NCBI RefSeq assembly: GCF_009914755.1
Contig: NC_060931.1
Origin: the human T2T-CHM13v2.0 reference genome, Homo sapiens
Length of the DNA stretch: 64,000 nucleotides
Direction: 5' to 3' (one strand)
A program made the position numbers and the translations under genes. The notes below the pieces were generated by a model. It had not been told where the DNA came from. It did not search any database and saw only the letters and a program-made list of their open reading frames with translations. Shown one piece after another: positions 16,980 to 31,560 of this stretch; the first letter of the stretch is position 1, and every line of letters starts with the position of its first letter.

Positions 16980-17699
16980 CTGGGAACACAGCGGGGCTCC
17001 AAGAATGATGGACGGGTAGAGAGACCCCCCTGAATGCACCTCAGCGTTGCCTGGTCTGGCCACACTGTCCTGTCCTGGCCATAACTGACAGCCAGGGGCT
17101 GCTCTGCCTGCTTTGCCCCTGCACACTGCCCACTTCCCATTTGTCCTGTTCACACCAAGTAGCCAGACCACATTTCTGCTCTTCCCATTTCAGGGCCTGG
17201 CACCAGGCCACCTGAGCCTGGAAAACCTTCCCTGCCTCCTGGCTGCACATCTTCCTGGCCGTCGAAGGACACGGAGAGAGATGCTTTTCTCTCTGTGAGA
17301 TGCTTTTCTTGCTCACGCACGGAGTGTACTTTTGCCAAAAGTTCTCAAGGCCTTTTTGTCCCACTGTGGTTCACAGCCTGAACGCACTTTGCATTGCAAT
17401 GCTTGGCTTTCCTGGAAAGCTCTCCATTTCTCTCCAGCGTGCATCTCATTGCCTTTTCAGTGCCAGCTTGGACTACAAGGGTTGCGGTCTGCTGGCCCTG
17501 GGAGGACTTTTCTGAATCCAGACCAGAGTATGTTGCTTTTTCTCTTTATGATTTTTAAAATAGTTAAATACAATTATTAATATATGTATATGGAAGGAAA
17601 TTTTAAAATACAGGAAACAAAAATAACATCTATTACTGCCTTGCACTAACACTAGCATTTTATTATTGGATATGACTAGTTTAAAAAAAATGTGTGATT

Positions 17700-17985
17700 T
17701 GAAGCAGAAAATCAAATACCGCATGTTCCTACTTATAAGTGAGAGCTAAACAATAGGTATACACACCAACATAAAGACGGAAACAATAGACACTGTGGAC
17801 TTCAAAAGTGGGGAGAGAGATGGAGGTGGGAGGGCAAGGGTTGAAAGGCTACATATAGGGTACTATGCTCACTATTTGGGTGAGGGGTTCAATAGAAGCC
17901 CAAACCTTAGCATCACTCAATATATCCATGTAACAAACCTGCACATTTACCCCAAATCTAAAATTTTAAAAATTAAGTTTTAAAA
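17700..17985 (+). mobile_element. L1P (L1PA15/16-like) 3' end fragment
   Basis: caaataccgcatgttc...atagacactg...ccatgtaacaaacctgcaca, followed by an A-rich end. Confidence 0.8.
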
Positions 17986-18814
17986 AGTCATTGCAATGAA
18001 AAATAAAATGTTCTATGTATTGATTATCAGAAAAAAAAACTCTGAATAGCATTACACCAGACTGAATATTTGCTTAACTGTAGACTCATTTTTAGCATTC
18101 CCTCCATTTAAACATTTTAAAAATTTGTAATAATTTTAGGTTTACAAAATGTTGTAAAGACAGTACAGAGAGTTCCCATTACCCTTTACTCAGCTTCTTG
18201 TAATGTTGACATCTTACAAAACCACGGCTACATTTGTGAAAATGGAGAAGTTAACACTGGTACAAGACTATTAACTAAACTACAGATTTTATTTGGGTTT
18301 CACCAGTTTGTCCATGAATGTCCTTTTCCAATCCTGGATCACATCCAGGACTCCACAGAGCATTCAGTCATCCAGTCTCCTCAGTCCCCTCCACTCTGTG
18401 AGTTTATCAGTCTTTTCTTATTCTTTGTGATCACTGCATTTTTACGGAGCACTGATCAGGTTTTCAGTAGGATATTCCTCAGTTGGGGTTTGTCTCATGT
18501 TTTCCTCATAATGGCACTTGTGTTAGGGATTTTGGGGGAGAACGTCACAGGGGTGCCCTTCTTACTGCAGTGTGCCAAGGGGTCTTTCTGTCCTTGTTAA
18601 TGTGTATATTCATGTAATTTTAATTAACAAAAATTGAACATCTTTACATATCATTATGTGGCTTTTTATCACGGGGATGGAAAGTAACCCATCAATTATG
18701 ACATTGCTCCCACCCAGAAAAAACCTCAGAAACCTTCCCAACACAGCCCTGCAGGCAACCCACTTGAGAAGGCTTGCACGTTGAAGCATTTTTCCAGTTC
18801 TCCTCTCTTACATC

Positions 18815-19116
18815 TTTTTTTTTTTGATGTTTGAGGCGGGTCTAACTCTGATGCCCAGGGTGGAGTGCAGTGGCAGGACCATCACTGCAGCCTCAGCTCC
18901 TCAACTCCTGGGCTCAAGTAATCCTCCTGACTCAGCCTTCCGAGTAGCTGGGACCAGAGGCGTAAGTCACCACACCCGGATATATTTTTTATTTATTACA
19001 GAGATAGGGTCCCAGTATGTTGCCTAGGCTGGTCTTGAACTTCTGGGTTCAAGCAGTCCTCCCACCCTGGCCTTCCAGAGAGTTAGGATTACAGGTGTGA
19101 GCCACCGCTCCTGACC
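18815..19116 (-). mobile_element. AluJ
   Basis: Diverged dimeric Alu. Confidence 0.85.
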
Positions 19117-21346
19117 CTCCTACATCATTTTTAAAGGCTGCAAAATAGTTTATTGAATGGTTGTGCCCTGACATGTTTTACTAATCCCCTATTTTGGTAT
19201 TCACGGCTTCTTTTCCTTTCCTTTCCCTTTTCCATTTTTTAAAGGAAGAATTCCTAGTACTATTATTGTTAGATCGCAATAAATAGATATTTTTAAGTCT
19301 TTTGAGGTATATTTTCAAATTGGCCCCAGGAAGTTTTCATGGATTTATATCCCTATTAGCAATGAGAATGCTGTTTTTCTAAGATTTTGCCAAAACTATT
19401 ACAGTGAACAACGGCAAATAGGAAATTTTGTCTTTCAACAGTTAATTATTTTTTATTTGTTTGGATTTGTACTTCTTCAATTAGTGCAGAAGCTGAACCT
19501 TCTTTTTTTGGCTTATTGGCTATTTATACATTCAGTGCTTTTAAAGCCTATGTATGCCCTTTGTCCATTGGGAGATGTCAGCAATTTTCTCACTGATTTG
19601 TAAAAGCCCTTTATAAATCAAAACCATATAGCATATTTGTTACAAATTTTTCCAATCTAAAGTTTGTCCTAAAATTTTGTTAATAGTGTTTTTAGTATTG
19701 CAAAGTTTTAAAGTTTTATGTAGTGAGGAGTTAAAATGTTTCCCAAAATAACTAACCAATCATCCCAGCCTCATTTTTTAAACAATATTCTCTTTCTTCA
19801 CTGAATTAAATGCCACATGTCAGACACTTAGTTCTTCTTTTACTTGGGTTTTTTCCCCCAGTGGTATCTACTTTGTTCCACAGAGTTAAGCATCAAATTC
19901 CCTCTTCTATCTTCCTGCATCTTTAGCATGGCTTCATGACACTGTTTAATATTATGTAGAATAAGACCCTTCCATTACTCTAGTTTTTAAAAACTTTCTA
20001 GCTATTCAGATTATGATTTTACTTTCTGATGAATTTCAGAGTTATTTAGACAAGTTTTTAAAATCTCACAGGAGTATTAAATGTACGATATATTAATCAG
20101 GGGGAAATTGGCTAGCCTAACCATATTCAATTTATCCATTCAGTTACATGGTCTTTCAGTTTATTCACATCTTCTAGGTCCTTTTGAGAATCACTTTGCT
20201 TTTTTTCTGCATTTTCTATGTCTCAAATTCACTAGTCAAGTTTTAACTGCCGAATTGAAGCAATAATGTGAGGAAGGAAATGCTCCTGCAAAATAGTCTT
20301 TTAACTACATCAATGTGAGCCCCAGATAAGGAGAGAAATGACCCAATGCTCTTGTCAAAGGAAAGGCCATTTGCATCAACAAAAACCATTTAAAAGGGCA
20401 TTGTGACCAAGTGCGGTGAGCAGGCTTCTGGGAGCCAGACAGGCTAGGGCTCAGTTCCCAGGACCCCCGTTCACTGGAACTGGGATTAACTCCTGTGGGC
20501 CTCGGCACCACCACTGTGAAATGAAGGTGGCCACTACAGAATTGAGAGCAGAGCTCATGTGTGTGAAGTATCCAGGATAGCACCTGACATACTTAAGTGC
20601 TCAATAAGTCGTTAAATATATGTACATTTCAAATACTGAAAAAGATTAATAAAAATTGATCATACACTAAGCCACAAAGAAATTCTTAATTAATTTCAAA
20701 GAAATTATTTTGGCAACATTCTCTGACCACAATGACAGAATACTAGAAGTTAATGATAAAAGTTTGAACAAACAAAAAATCCAAGTGCTTAGAAGTCTTA
20801 GAGAAAACAATACATTGCCTACATTTTTTTTATAACACATATACCATATCATTCACCCATTTAAAGTGAATCATTTAATGGCTTTTAGAATATTCACGGA
20901 GGTGGGCAACCATCACCACAATCAGTTTTAGAGCATTTTCATCATCCCAGATGAAACGTGGTACCTGGCAGCAGTCAGTCCCTTCCCCATCCACACCCAC
21001 CTCCGGTCCTAGGCAACCATAGACGTACTTTCTGTCTCTATGAATTTGACTGTTCTGGACATTTCATACAAATGCAATCAGAATTTATGATGCTTAGTGT
21101 CTGGCTTCTTTCACTTAGCATGTTTTCAAGCTTTGTCAATGTTGTAGCATATATCAGTCTTTCAGTCATTCGGATTGCTGAATTAAGATTCCATTGTTTG
21201 GATATGTCACAATGTATTACCCATTCATGAAACGATGGACATTTGGGTTTTTTCCACTTTTGGGTTTTTTTGAATAACGTGCTATGAACATTTGTGGACA
21301 AGCTTTTTTGTGGACATATGTTTCAGTCCGGTTAAATTGTAACTCT

Positions 21347-21733
21347 AGCTGGGTGAGGTGGCTCACACCTGTAATCCCAGCGCTTTGGGAGGCTGAGGCA
21401 GGTAGATTGTTTGAGCTCAGGGGTTCCAGACCAGCCTGCGCAATAAAGTGAGACTCTGTCTCTCAAAAAAATACAAAAATTAGCTGGACGTGGTGGCACC
21501 TATAGTCCTAGCTACTCTAGAAATAGCTACTCTAGAAAATATTTGCAAATTACATATCCGATAAGGTGTATCTGATAAAGCTTTTTCTTTCCATTGCAAG
21601 GGTAATGGTGAGGTGGGAGGTTGAGGTGGGAAGATTGCTTGAGTGTGGGAGGCAGAGGTTGCAGTGAGCTGAGATCCTGCCACTGCGCTCCAGCCTAGGT
21701 GACAGCCAGGCCCTGTGCCAAAAAAAAAAAAAA
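21347..21733 (+). mobile_element. AluJ carrying a ~95-bp templated insertion in its right arm
   Basis: Alu consensus breaks after gctactc (~21517) and resumes at gggaggttgagg (~21614). Confidence 0.88.
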
Positions 21734-23083
21734 TTGTTTAACTCTATGCTTAACCTTTTCCATTAGCAGTTTCTACCAGCAAAATAAATCTTTTCCACCA
21801 CCACCAAATATTTTTCCGCATCTTTGTCAACACTTGTTCTTGCTGTCTTTTTAAATTTTAGCCACTCTGTTAGGTGTGATGTGGTATCTCATTGTGGTTT
21901 TGATTTTCATGTCCCTGATGGCAAATGGTGTTGAGCATAGTTTCATGTGCTTATTGGCCATATGTTTACCTACCTTGGGGAAATGTCGATTCAGACCCTT
22001 TGCTAACGGTTTTAATTGGGTCATTTTTTAAAAAAAATTATTAAGTTGTAAGCGTTTATCAGATATGCCTTATCAGAAATGTAATTTGCAAATATTTTCT
22101 CCCATCTTATGGGTTGTCTCTTTACTTTCTTATGGTGTCCTGTGAAGGACACATACACATGTGCTCGCTCTCTCTCTCAAAACTTTTGGACCAAAGAGGG
22201 AAGTAAAACTGTGATTTATTAAGCAGCCCCTTGAAGGGTAACAGCACATTTTTGACCACTTTGTATGTTGGTGCCAGCCTGGGGTGCCCCAGGTAGGTGC
22301 TCCCTTGGGGTGTCTGCTTCAAGGATGCTGTGAAGGTAGGGCTTCTCCAGCTGGGAAACCATGGAATAGTTGGCAGCTGCTTTGTACGTCTTGAGAGACA
22401 AAAGAGAGAAAGCTCAAAATCAAGAGCAGACACTGGATTTGCACTGAAAAGAAATATATCATTTCCTTGAAGAGAGAAATACAAGATGTGAAAAATGGAA
22501 GCAAGGAAAGAAGAGATATAAGGAAAGAGAGATTAGAACACCAACTGCTGTAGATCATTTCATGTCCCAATTATCCCCAAGTTCTTCCACCTTCTGGGAT
22601 CACCAGCTGTTTTAACACCCAAAATAACTCTCACTCTTTTCCCACATAAATGTGTTAAGTCCAGGGCTGTCCCTACTCTGTCTGAGGAGTTCTGGGGCAG
22701 AAGGCAAATTGGGGACTCTCTCGCCGAAACCTGTCCCCAGCCCCTCCGTGACCATCTTTGGGCACATTCTTGCCCCCTCTCCATGTTTCTGTGGCCCCTG
22801 GCTTGCTCCAGAACATTCCTCCAGCCCTCCCTCGAGTGTGCTTTCCAGGCAGGCACACCACAGGCATTACTGAAGGTTTGGAGGTGTTGGAGGGGGGTTC
22901 AGGAACTTGAGTATTTGACATCGCGTCCTTGAGCTCACCTCCCATCTACAGCACGGAGGGTCTCCGGCCACTTCTCCTTCGACCCAGGCCAGCTGCCTCG
23001 GTGCTGCCCCCTCTTCCTCCCAAGACCTTTATTCCCTGCCCACCGAAACCCCAGCTTCCCCAGTCCCCAGGCCACCTACTCAC

Positions 23084-23177
23084 CCTCTCTGCAGCATAGC
23101 TCCTCAGAAAATGGACGTTGTCTTCCTTTGCCCCAGCCACCTCATTCAAACTGTGTCCTGGGCCTCAACTTCCACAA
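23084..23177 (-). pseudogene. Candidate 94-nt upstream exon with a probable 1-nt frameshift
   Basis: Acceptor ctgccttttCAG and donor GAGG|GTGAGT. Restoring one T gives VEVEAQDTVLNEVAGAKEDNVHFLRSYAAER. Confidence 0.35.
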
Positions 23178-23240
23178 CTGAAAAGGCAGCTAATATCTTT
23201 TTATCAAGCAAAGACCTATCCGGAAGTTGCCATCTTTGGC

Positions 23241-23241
<1 letters not shown>

Positions 23242-23271
<30 letters not shown>
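23242..23271. repeat. (CA)n microsatellite
   Basis: Read directly. Confidence 0.95.
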
Positions 23272-23273
<2 letters not shown>

Positions 23274-23304
23274 CGGCCAAACCTTCAAAGTTACTACTTC
23301 TTTA

Positions 23305-23789
<485 letters not shown>

Positions 23790-23983
23790 TTATACAAGCC
23801 CCAGTATACAAAGGCAGGTAAAAAGGGAGCTAGATTGGTTTGGGGGACTTTGAGAAATCTTAGCTGATGGATTTTACAATGTTGTTAAAATGCCCAGTGA
23901 AGAGAGAAAGGCATGTGAATTCATCTTCCAAAGCCCATGGTGAAATGTGAGACAAAATATCCACTCTAAAAAATTAGCAATCA

Positions 23984-24331
<348 letters not shown>

Positions 24332-25514
24332 CTACACGTTTTCATCTTTGGGTTCAGTTTTCTTGAGGGCAAAACTAGTGCCTAATTAAGTCTTATTTTT
24401 GTGTCTGATTATCTTTAACACCCTTGAAAAGTGTTTGCCAGTTTTCTAGAAAAAAATTGATGACTTGCTCCTCCGCTGGTTCTGCTGACTTGCTGTTTTG
24501 GAAGAGATGTTTTTCTTGTTTTTCTTTTCATTGGTGTCAAGGGAGATGGAAACAGTGAGGGCTTTAACCTCTTCTCCTCTTTGCCAGGCTAGGAAGACCC
24601 AGTTGAGACAGCGGACACTAGAGCAGCCTGGAAGGGAACACCTGCCTACGAAGCCCCTAGGAGCATGAGGTGTTTCCTCCCACAGCTTCCTGTCCTGCCC
24701 AGGGCTAAGAGGACAAGACTGGCAGAAGGACAACCAGCAATGCTGAGGGACTGTGGCTCAAGGCACTGATGTCATTGCCTTGGGTTGCAGGTAAGTGAAA
24801 CCTACCTCAAATGAGCTTCAGCCACAATGGACCTTTATTGGAAAGCCGTCTTAGAGAGACCCAGGGATACAGGCCTGATTGCCCCCTGTCTCATTTCTCT
24901 GTTCTTCTCATTCTCCCACTCTACAGACAGACTCACTGCTTTGTCCTACGTGAGGACAAACCCAGCTGCTTCATAGCCTCTGGGTTTATGTATCTGCTCA
25001 AGCTAACCAGCCCAATCTGAGACCAATGCATTAGTCACAATTCCAAGCTCCAAGGAGAATGAATCTGATTGCCTTCATCAGGTTACCTACTGTGGGGAGG
25101 TCATTGTCATGTAATAGAAAGGCAGCTCCCAGGAGATTATTGAGGGCTGAAAATATACCCCTAAAGGTATCTATTATCAGATTGAGCATGTCCCTCCAAA
25201 ATTCTGTGCCTTTGTACAGTAGCTCCCTCTGTTGTGACAGCAGTGTGGCTGTGATGATGGGAGTGGCTCAGACAACAAGAAAAGGTTTTAAGTATTTCCC
25301 AAGCCACCAGCATTAGACAGTTGGTTCAGCTCACCAGTTGAAATATCTGGTATGTGTCAGATACCCTCCGAGGCTCTGAAGAGATTGGTGTAACCCAGAT
25401 ACATTTTGGGGCCCCATGTGGCTTAGTTTAGGTATGGAGACACATTTAAAAACACACAGTCCCAAAATAATTAAACTTAATTAAAACTAAATTATAATTT
25501 TTCTTTTGCATAGT

Positions 25515-25811
<297 letters not shown>

Positions 25812-26582
25812 TAAAGACTATTAATGGGGAACAAATTCATAACCCCCCAAACCTTTCCAGCTTCTCTTTTGTCTCTTTTCAGCAGATAGCAGATGCCCCA
25901 GAACATCCTACTTGCCCAATTCCCTCCAAACACTTCCTGATGCCTGGCCTGCTTGGCTTCCCTACTGTCTTCCTTCTCTGCTTTTCCCAGGATCTGTCAT
26001 CTTTCCGCCTGTAGCTTAACTTAGCCTCTCTGGCTGTATCTTACTCTCTTTCCTCCTGCAGTTGAGGTTCTGTTTCCCTCTACCTAGGTTTCCACAGACA
26101 TTTTCTATCTTGCCCAGTATAGACTAAACTCTTTTTTAGAGGGTAGGAAAGAGGGAAAATCTGAGTAGACAAAGGGAAAATTATGTTGAGCTGGTTGGGG
26201 GTAAGAGGAGGGAGAGAACACTCACTTGTGGACAAATCACGTGTCCCTCATACAGAGATGAATGAGGCCAAGTACTGGCCCACAATGTGCTCCCTATTTA
26301 GTAAAGGAGCCTGACACAAACACAGATCAAAGTCCAGCACACCTCTCCTTGGCGTAGGGGCGTGCATCAGAGAAAGCCACACACCTGTTTGAGGGGTGCA
26401 TCAAACAGGGTAGGAGTGTTGAGACCAGCTAAAGCACAATGACAGGTAGGGTTATTGTTTCTGACTTACAGATGAGGTAAATGAGCTCAAAGGTGATCTA
26501 CAGCTTCCCCCACTATGATACCCCAAGTCATAAGTGGTATCAGTAGGACTAGAGCCCTTCTCTGTCTGACTTTAAGATCAAA

Positions 26583-26920
<338 letters not shown>

Positions 26921-27025
26921 TGAGACCTCCCTTTCTCCAAATTTTACCACTTGTTTGGATGTTGGATCTCAGACCACAGAACCCACTGAACCTCTCAATG
27001 GTGTGTGGTGAGAAATGACTGGACA

Positions 27026-27190
27026 GTTGGGCACAGTGGCTCACCCCTGTAATTCCAGCTACTCGGGAGGCCAAGGTGGGAGGATCACTGAGCCCGAGGG
27101 TTCAAGGCTGCAGAGTGAGCTATGATGTGCAGCTGCACTACCGCTTGGGCAACAGAGCAAGACCCTGTTTTCAAAAAAAGAAAGAGAAAA
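27026..27190 (+). mobile_element. Alu monomer (FRAM/FAM-like)
   Basis: Single right-arm-type monomer; flanking repeat aaatgactggac. Confidence 0.8.
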
Positions 27191-27351
27191 ATGACTGGAC
27201 TCCTCATCCCGTTATAATGTTATTTTCCATCTCACAAATACACAAGTGACAAAATAAGCAAAGAAGTTATCTTTCTTTCCCAAGGAACTAAACTAAGATT
27301 GGAAAGAAATTTATGGTGTCTTGCAAAGGAAGCCCTGCTCTCTCTTCTTAC

Positions 27352-27715
27352 AGGCGATTGTCAGCACTGTTGCCCGGGTGCTGTTCTGCCCACTGTTTGG
27401 AGACTTTCCACCCTCGTGACTGCCTAGAGAGAGCCCTTCTCTGAGCTGAGCTGCTGAACATTCTGGAAGACGTGTGCTCTGATGAGTGGAGAAAGTGGAG
27501 TAGGGCAAATTGCATTCTAGGTGGAGCTGTCAAAAGGCATCCATCCATTCATATGTTTATTCATGGTCCCTTTGGGTTCTCAGATTTTTCAGATCAGCTG
27601 CTTGGCAGCTTGCACTTTGATGTTGCAGTGGAGGCTCTGTTCAGGCTTCTGCCCCATAAGAAAAATCAAAGCTTCATTCCCTGCCGATGCATTGACTGGG
27701 ACATCATCCAGGTCC
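27352..27715 (-). pseudogene. Candidate exon (decayed coding, or terminal exon using AATAAA at 27561-27556)
   Basis: Branch/acceptor ctaataacattcctgcccCAG and donor CCT|GTAAGA. Frame DLDDVPVNASAGNEALIFLMGQKPEQSLHCNIKVQAAKQLI*KI*E, where both TGA stops could be CGA decay. Confidence 0.25.
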
Positions 27716-28270
27716 CTGGGGCAGGAATGTTATTAGACACTCAATAAATATTTGTTGAATCTTGAATGAATTTACCTCCTGAAACCTGCTCAGAGACAGT
27801 GAATGGACAGAGGGACGTGAAAAACACAATGCCCTTCTCTTCTCCCAGGAGATTGATTTGGTTATTATGTTAGAAATAGACATGCAAATTAGCATATGCT
27901 CAGCACTGAATGGAAATTCATCCCTTAACCTAAATAAAATTTAACAAACTCCATAACTCTTCTTACTATCCCTGGATTAGGTTTCTGGGATTTTAAAATA
28001 ATACACCTACAAAATTGAAAGCCAGAAAAACTCCAAAGTGATATAAGATCCATCTAAACAAGGAATAGATACAACCTTGACCCTCAAGGGCTGTGAGTGA
28101 GGATCACAAAGCCAGGCTGGAGATGAGAAACATGAAACATTCCCCAGAGACTGTCACAAAGTCCCATGGCAGTTCAGAGGAATGAGATCACTTTGGCCAG
28201 TGGTAGTAAGTGAAGTATTTGTGCAAAGGGTGGGCATTCATTCATTCTTTTTCTTTCTAGAAATATTTCT

Positions 28271-28532
28271 GGCCTGGTGTGGTGGTGCACACCTGTAGTC
28301 TGAGCTACTCAGGAGGCTGAGGCAGGAGGATCACTTGAGCCCAGGAGGTCAAGGCTGCAGTGGGCTGTGATTGTGCCACTGCACTCCAGCCTGGGCCACA
28401 GCGTAAGACCCTGTTGAAAAATGGAAGGAAGGAAGGAAGGAAAGAAAGAAGGAAGGAAGGAAGGATAAAAGAGGAAAGAGAAAGAAGGAAGGAAGGAAAA
28501 GAGAGAGAAGAATGGAAGGAAGGAAAAGAAAG
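28271..28532 (+). mobile_element. Alu right monomer with a (GGAA/GAAA)n-expanded tail
   Basis: Monomer at 28271-28400, then a purine tract. Confidence 0.85.
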
Positions 28533-29188
28533 ATTTCTGAACACCACCCCAGCTAGGCATTGCACATAGTGGGGAGAGTAATACACAGTTCTTGCCTCTA
28601 GGGAGCCCACAGTATTGGAAGGGCAAGGAAGTTGGCCAGTACCTATGGTACTAGTTGATGCTGTTGTGTGTAACATGCAGTGGGCACCTAATGAGGGTAT
28701 AAGGGAAGCCGATTGAGTTAGCTAGACCATAGGGGAGGCTTCCTGGAGGAAGTGTCTCTGGAAATCAGTCTTGAAGAATGAGGCAAAGACAGTGAAGGAT
28801 AATTCCAGGCAGAAAGAACAGCATCAAGGGGCATCAACTTCAGGGAGCAGAAACATTTGACTTTGCTCCAGTGAAAGTTTCCGATGGGGAAGAGCTCTGA
28901 GTTGGGACCAAGAGCAGTGAGTGTAGGTCACAAGGGCTTTGTAGGCTTTGCTGGAGGATCCACTTCAGACAGAGGTAGGGGCAAGGGGTCCTGTGAAGAC
29001 ACCTGATGTGAAGGGAAGCCTGAAACACTACTTGGTTTGGGAGAGGAAAGAAATGAGATAGACAAAGAGACCTGTGGGTATTCTGGGTGTCGGCAAGAGG
29101 CTGAGGGAGGAATTTCCCATGTGTCTGTGGCACATACATAGGCTGTGGCAGCTGGAAGTGGTAGTGACTAATGCTGGATGCCAAGGGC

Positions 29189-29615
29189 TGTGAAGAGCTG
29201 AGATGGTCCCTCCTTGTAAGCTAATGAGTTGGCCTGCCTTGGTGCATGGGGCTGCGAGATGAGAGACTCCTGAGTCAGGGACTAATGATGGCCTTACTCA
29301 CAGCAAGAGCAGAAGCCAGAGTGTCAGCATGATCACCTTGGCTCCCTGAGCTCCAAGGCCATCAGCGGTGATGCAGGCAGGTCTAGACGGGAGCCCACCC
29401 CCCCCCCCACAGTGGGCTACACCTAAGAGAGGACACAGGGCCAGGGGAACCAACTGCCCACAGCAGCCTGCTCATTGTCTGGGGAAGGGACACTGTCTCA
29501 TCTCCCAAAGGTGCTTGTTCCAACACAACCTTGAGAAATGGCCAGATAAAGAGACATCAGAGCTTGACAAGCTGTATGGGAGAGGGAGAGACCATGGGAG
29601 AAGCGTCTCCCAACA
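29189..29615 (-). mobile_element. Old ERVL-class LTR, family uncertain
   Basis: TG...CA-bounded segment with gagactcctgagtcaggg...ttactcacagca, resembling antisense ERVL LTRs. Confidence 0.4.
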
Positions 29616-29742
29616 TTAGGAAGAAAGTCGTCTTAGTCAGTTTGGGCTCTGTCACAAATTCCCATAGACTGGGTGGCTTAAACAACAATTAAATTGTCAC
29701 AGTTTTGGAAGCTGGACAATTCAAGATGAGAATGCAATTCTA

Positions 29743-30197
<455 letters not shown>

Positions 30198-31237
30198 TCA
30201 GGGCGCTCAGGGTTGCCCTCCCCTACAGAATTGTCATCAGCCCAGCAGGAATTGGCTCACCCAGGCACACCCACCACCTTCTCCAAAACCCAGAGCTAAT
30301 GACTGACTGGCACAGGGTACAAAAGCCTGGCCCCTTTGTCTTCTGGTAAAGCCGACACGGTGCTGCGGTTCCTGCTCTGGAGCTCTGTAGGAAGGCTGAA
30401 GCTCGGCTCCAGCTGAGACTGCATCCCCTGCCTTCTCCTTCCTCCCTCACTCCCCTGGGCTTGAGAGGACCCCTTCAATAAATCAAGTGCACCGAATGCC
30501 TGCCTTGGGCTCTTGGGAATTTCTTGGGACTTGGCCCAGAGTTGACAGTCGCTGAGTTCTTGATCCAGGCTTCCCCGCAGACACTGTCTGTGTGTCTTGG
30601 GCTCCATGCTTTTGCTCTGGACCCAGGCCCCCAGATTCCTAGGATGGGAATAGGACCCAGGTTCCTGTTGGAATGAGACAGTTTAGGCAATGCTCAAATC
30701 GTGAAGCCCCCTAAGCCCTCACCTGACTCCCCCAGGCAGATGTTTGTAGCTCGCTGTCACCTGTCCTATCCTGTGAAGTGACTGCTCTGGGATTGACTTA
30801 CTGCTCCTCTCTCTCATTTGGCCTTGAGTGCCCGAGGGGCAAAACTGCAGCAGAGTGGCTCCTGTATCCTCAGCACTCAACATGGACCCCGTTGTTGGTG
30901 TTCAAGAAACATTTGAGGAGCTGCACTTACTTGGAATGAGAAAAAGTTACACCCATGACCTCCAGGTAAAGCAGACAGCAAATGGCATAAGTGAAGGGCC
31001 CTGCAGCAGCCACAGACACAGGCCTGGGGAAATAGAGGATCCCAGATGGAAGAGCTGCCACTTACTGGGCACCGCCCTGTGCCAAACCCAACACCGTGTG
31101 CACTCTGTAGACTCTCATTGAATCCCTAAATCCTTCCGTGGTATGGATTATTATCTCCATTTTACTAATGAGGCCATTAAAGCTCAGAAGATTAAGTAAC
31201 GTGACCAGTATAAAGTACAAGAAAATGACAGATTCCG

Positions 31238-31264
31238 ATTTTTTTTTTTTTTTTTGAGACAGGG

Positions 31265-31297
<33 letters not shown>

Positions 31298-31560
31298 GTT
31301 GCCCAGGCTGGAGTGCAGTGATCCAATCACAGCTCACTGTAGCCTTGACCTCTAGGTTCAAGCAATCCACCCCCACTCAGCCTCCCACATAGCTAGGACC
31401 ATAGGTGTGCACCACCATGCCCAGCTCCTTTTCTTTTTTTTTTCTTTGGTAGAGACGGGGTTCTCACTATGTTGCCTGGCTGATCTTGAACTCCTGGACT
31501 CAAGCAATCCTCCCACCTCAGCCTCCCAAAGTGCTGAGATTACAGGCATGAGCCACTGCA
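31238..31560 (-). mobile_element. AluJ with internal (CT)n expansion, inside a MIR
   Basis: (CT)n at 31265-31296; flanking repeat cagattc. Confidence 0.87.

Larger units (their letters stand above)
18110..22140 (-). mobile_element. Cluster of old, mostly antisense L1M fragments interrupted by two AluJ
   Basis: L1MC/ME/MB-type 3' motifs: tgtaaagacagtacagagagttccc, caaccatcaccacaatc, gtggtatctcattgtggttttg. Confidence 0.65.

Noticed and set aside
24588-24796. Plus-strand exon-like segment with a CAG|GTAAGT donor
   Set aside because: The donor falls at the edge of what looks like an antisense MLT1-type LTR remnant, and there is no convincing reading frame.
28403-28532. GGAA microsatellite as an EWS-FLI1-type enhancer
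   Set aside because: Only about 4 consecutive GGAA units; an ordinary Alu-tail expansion.
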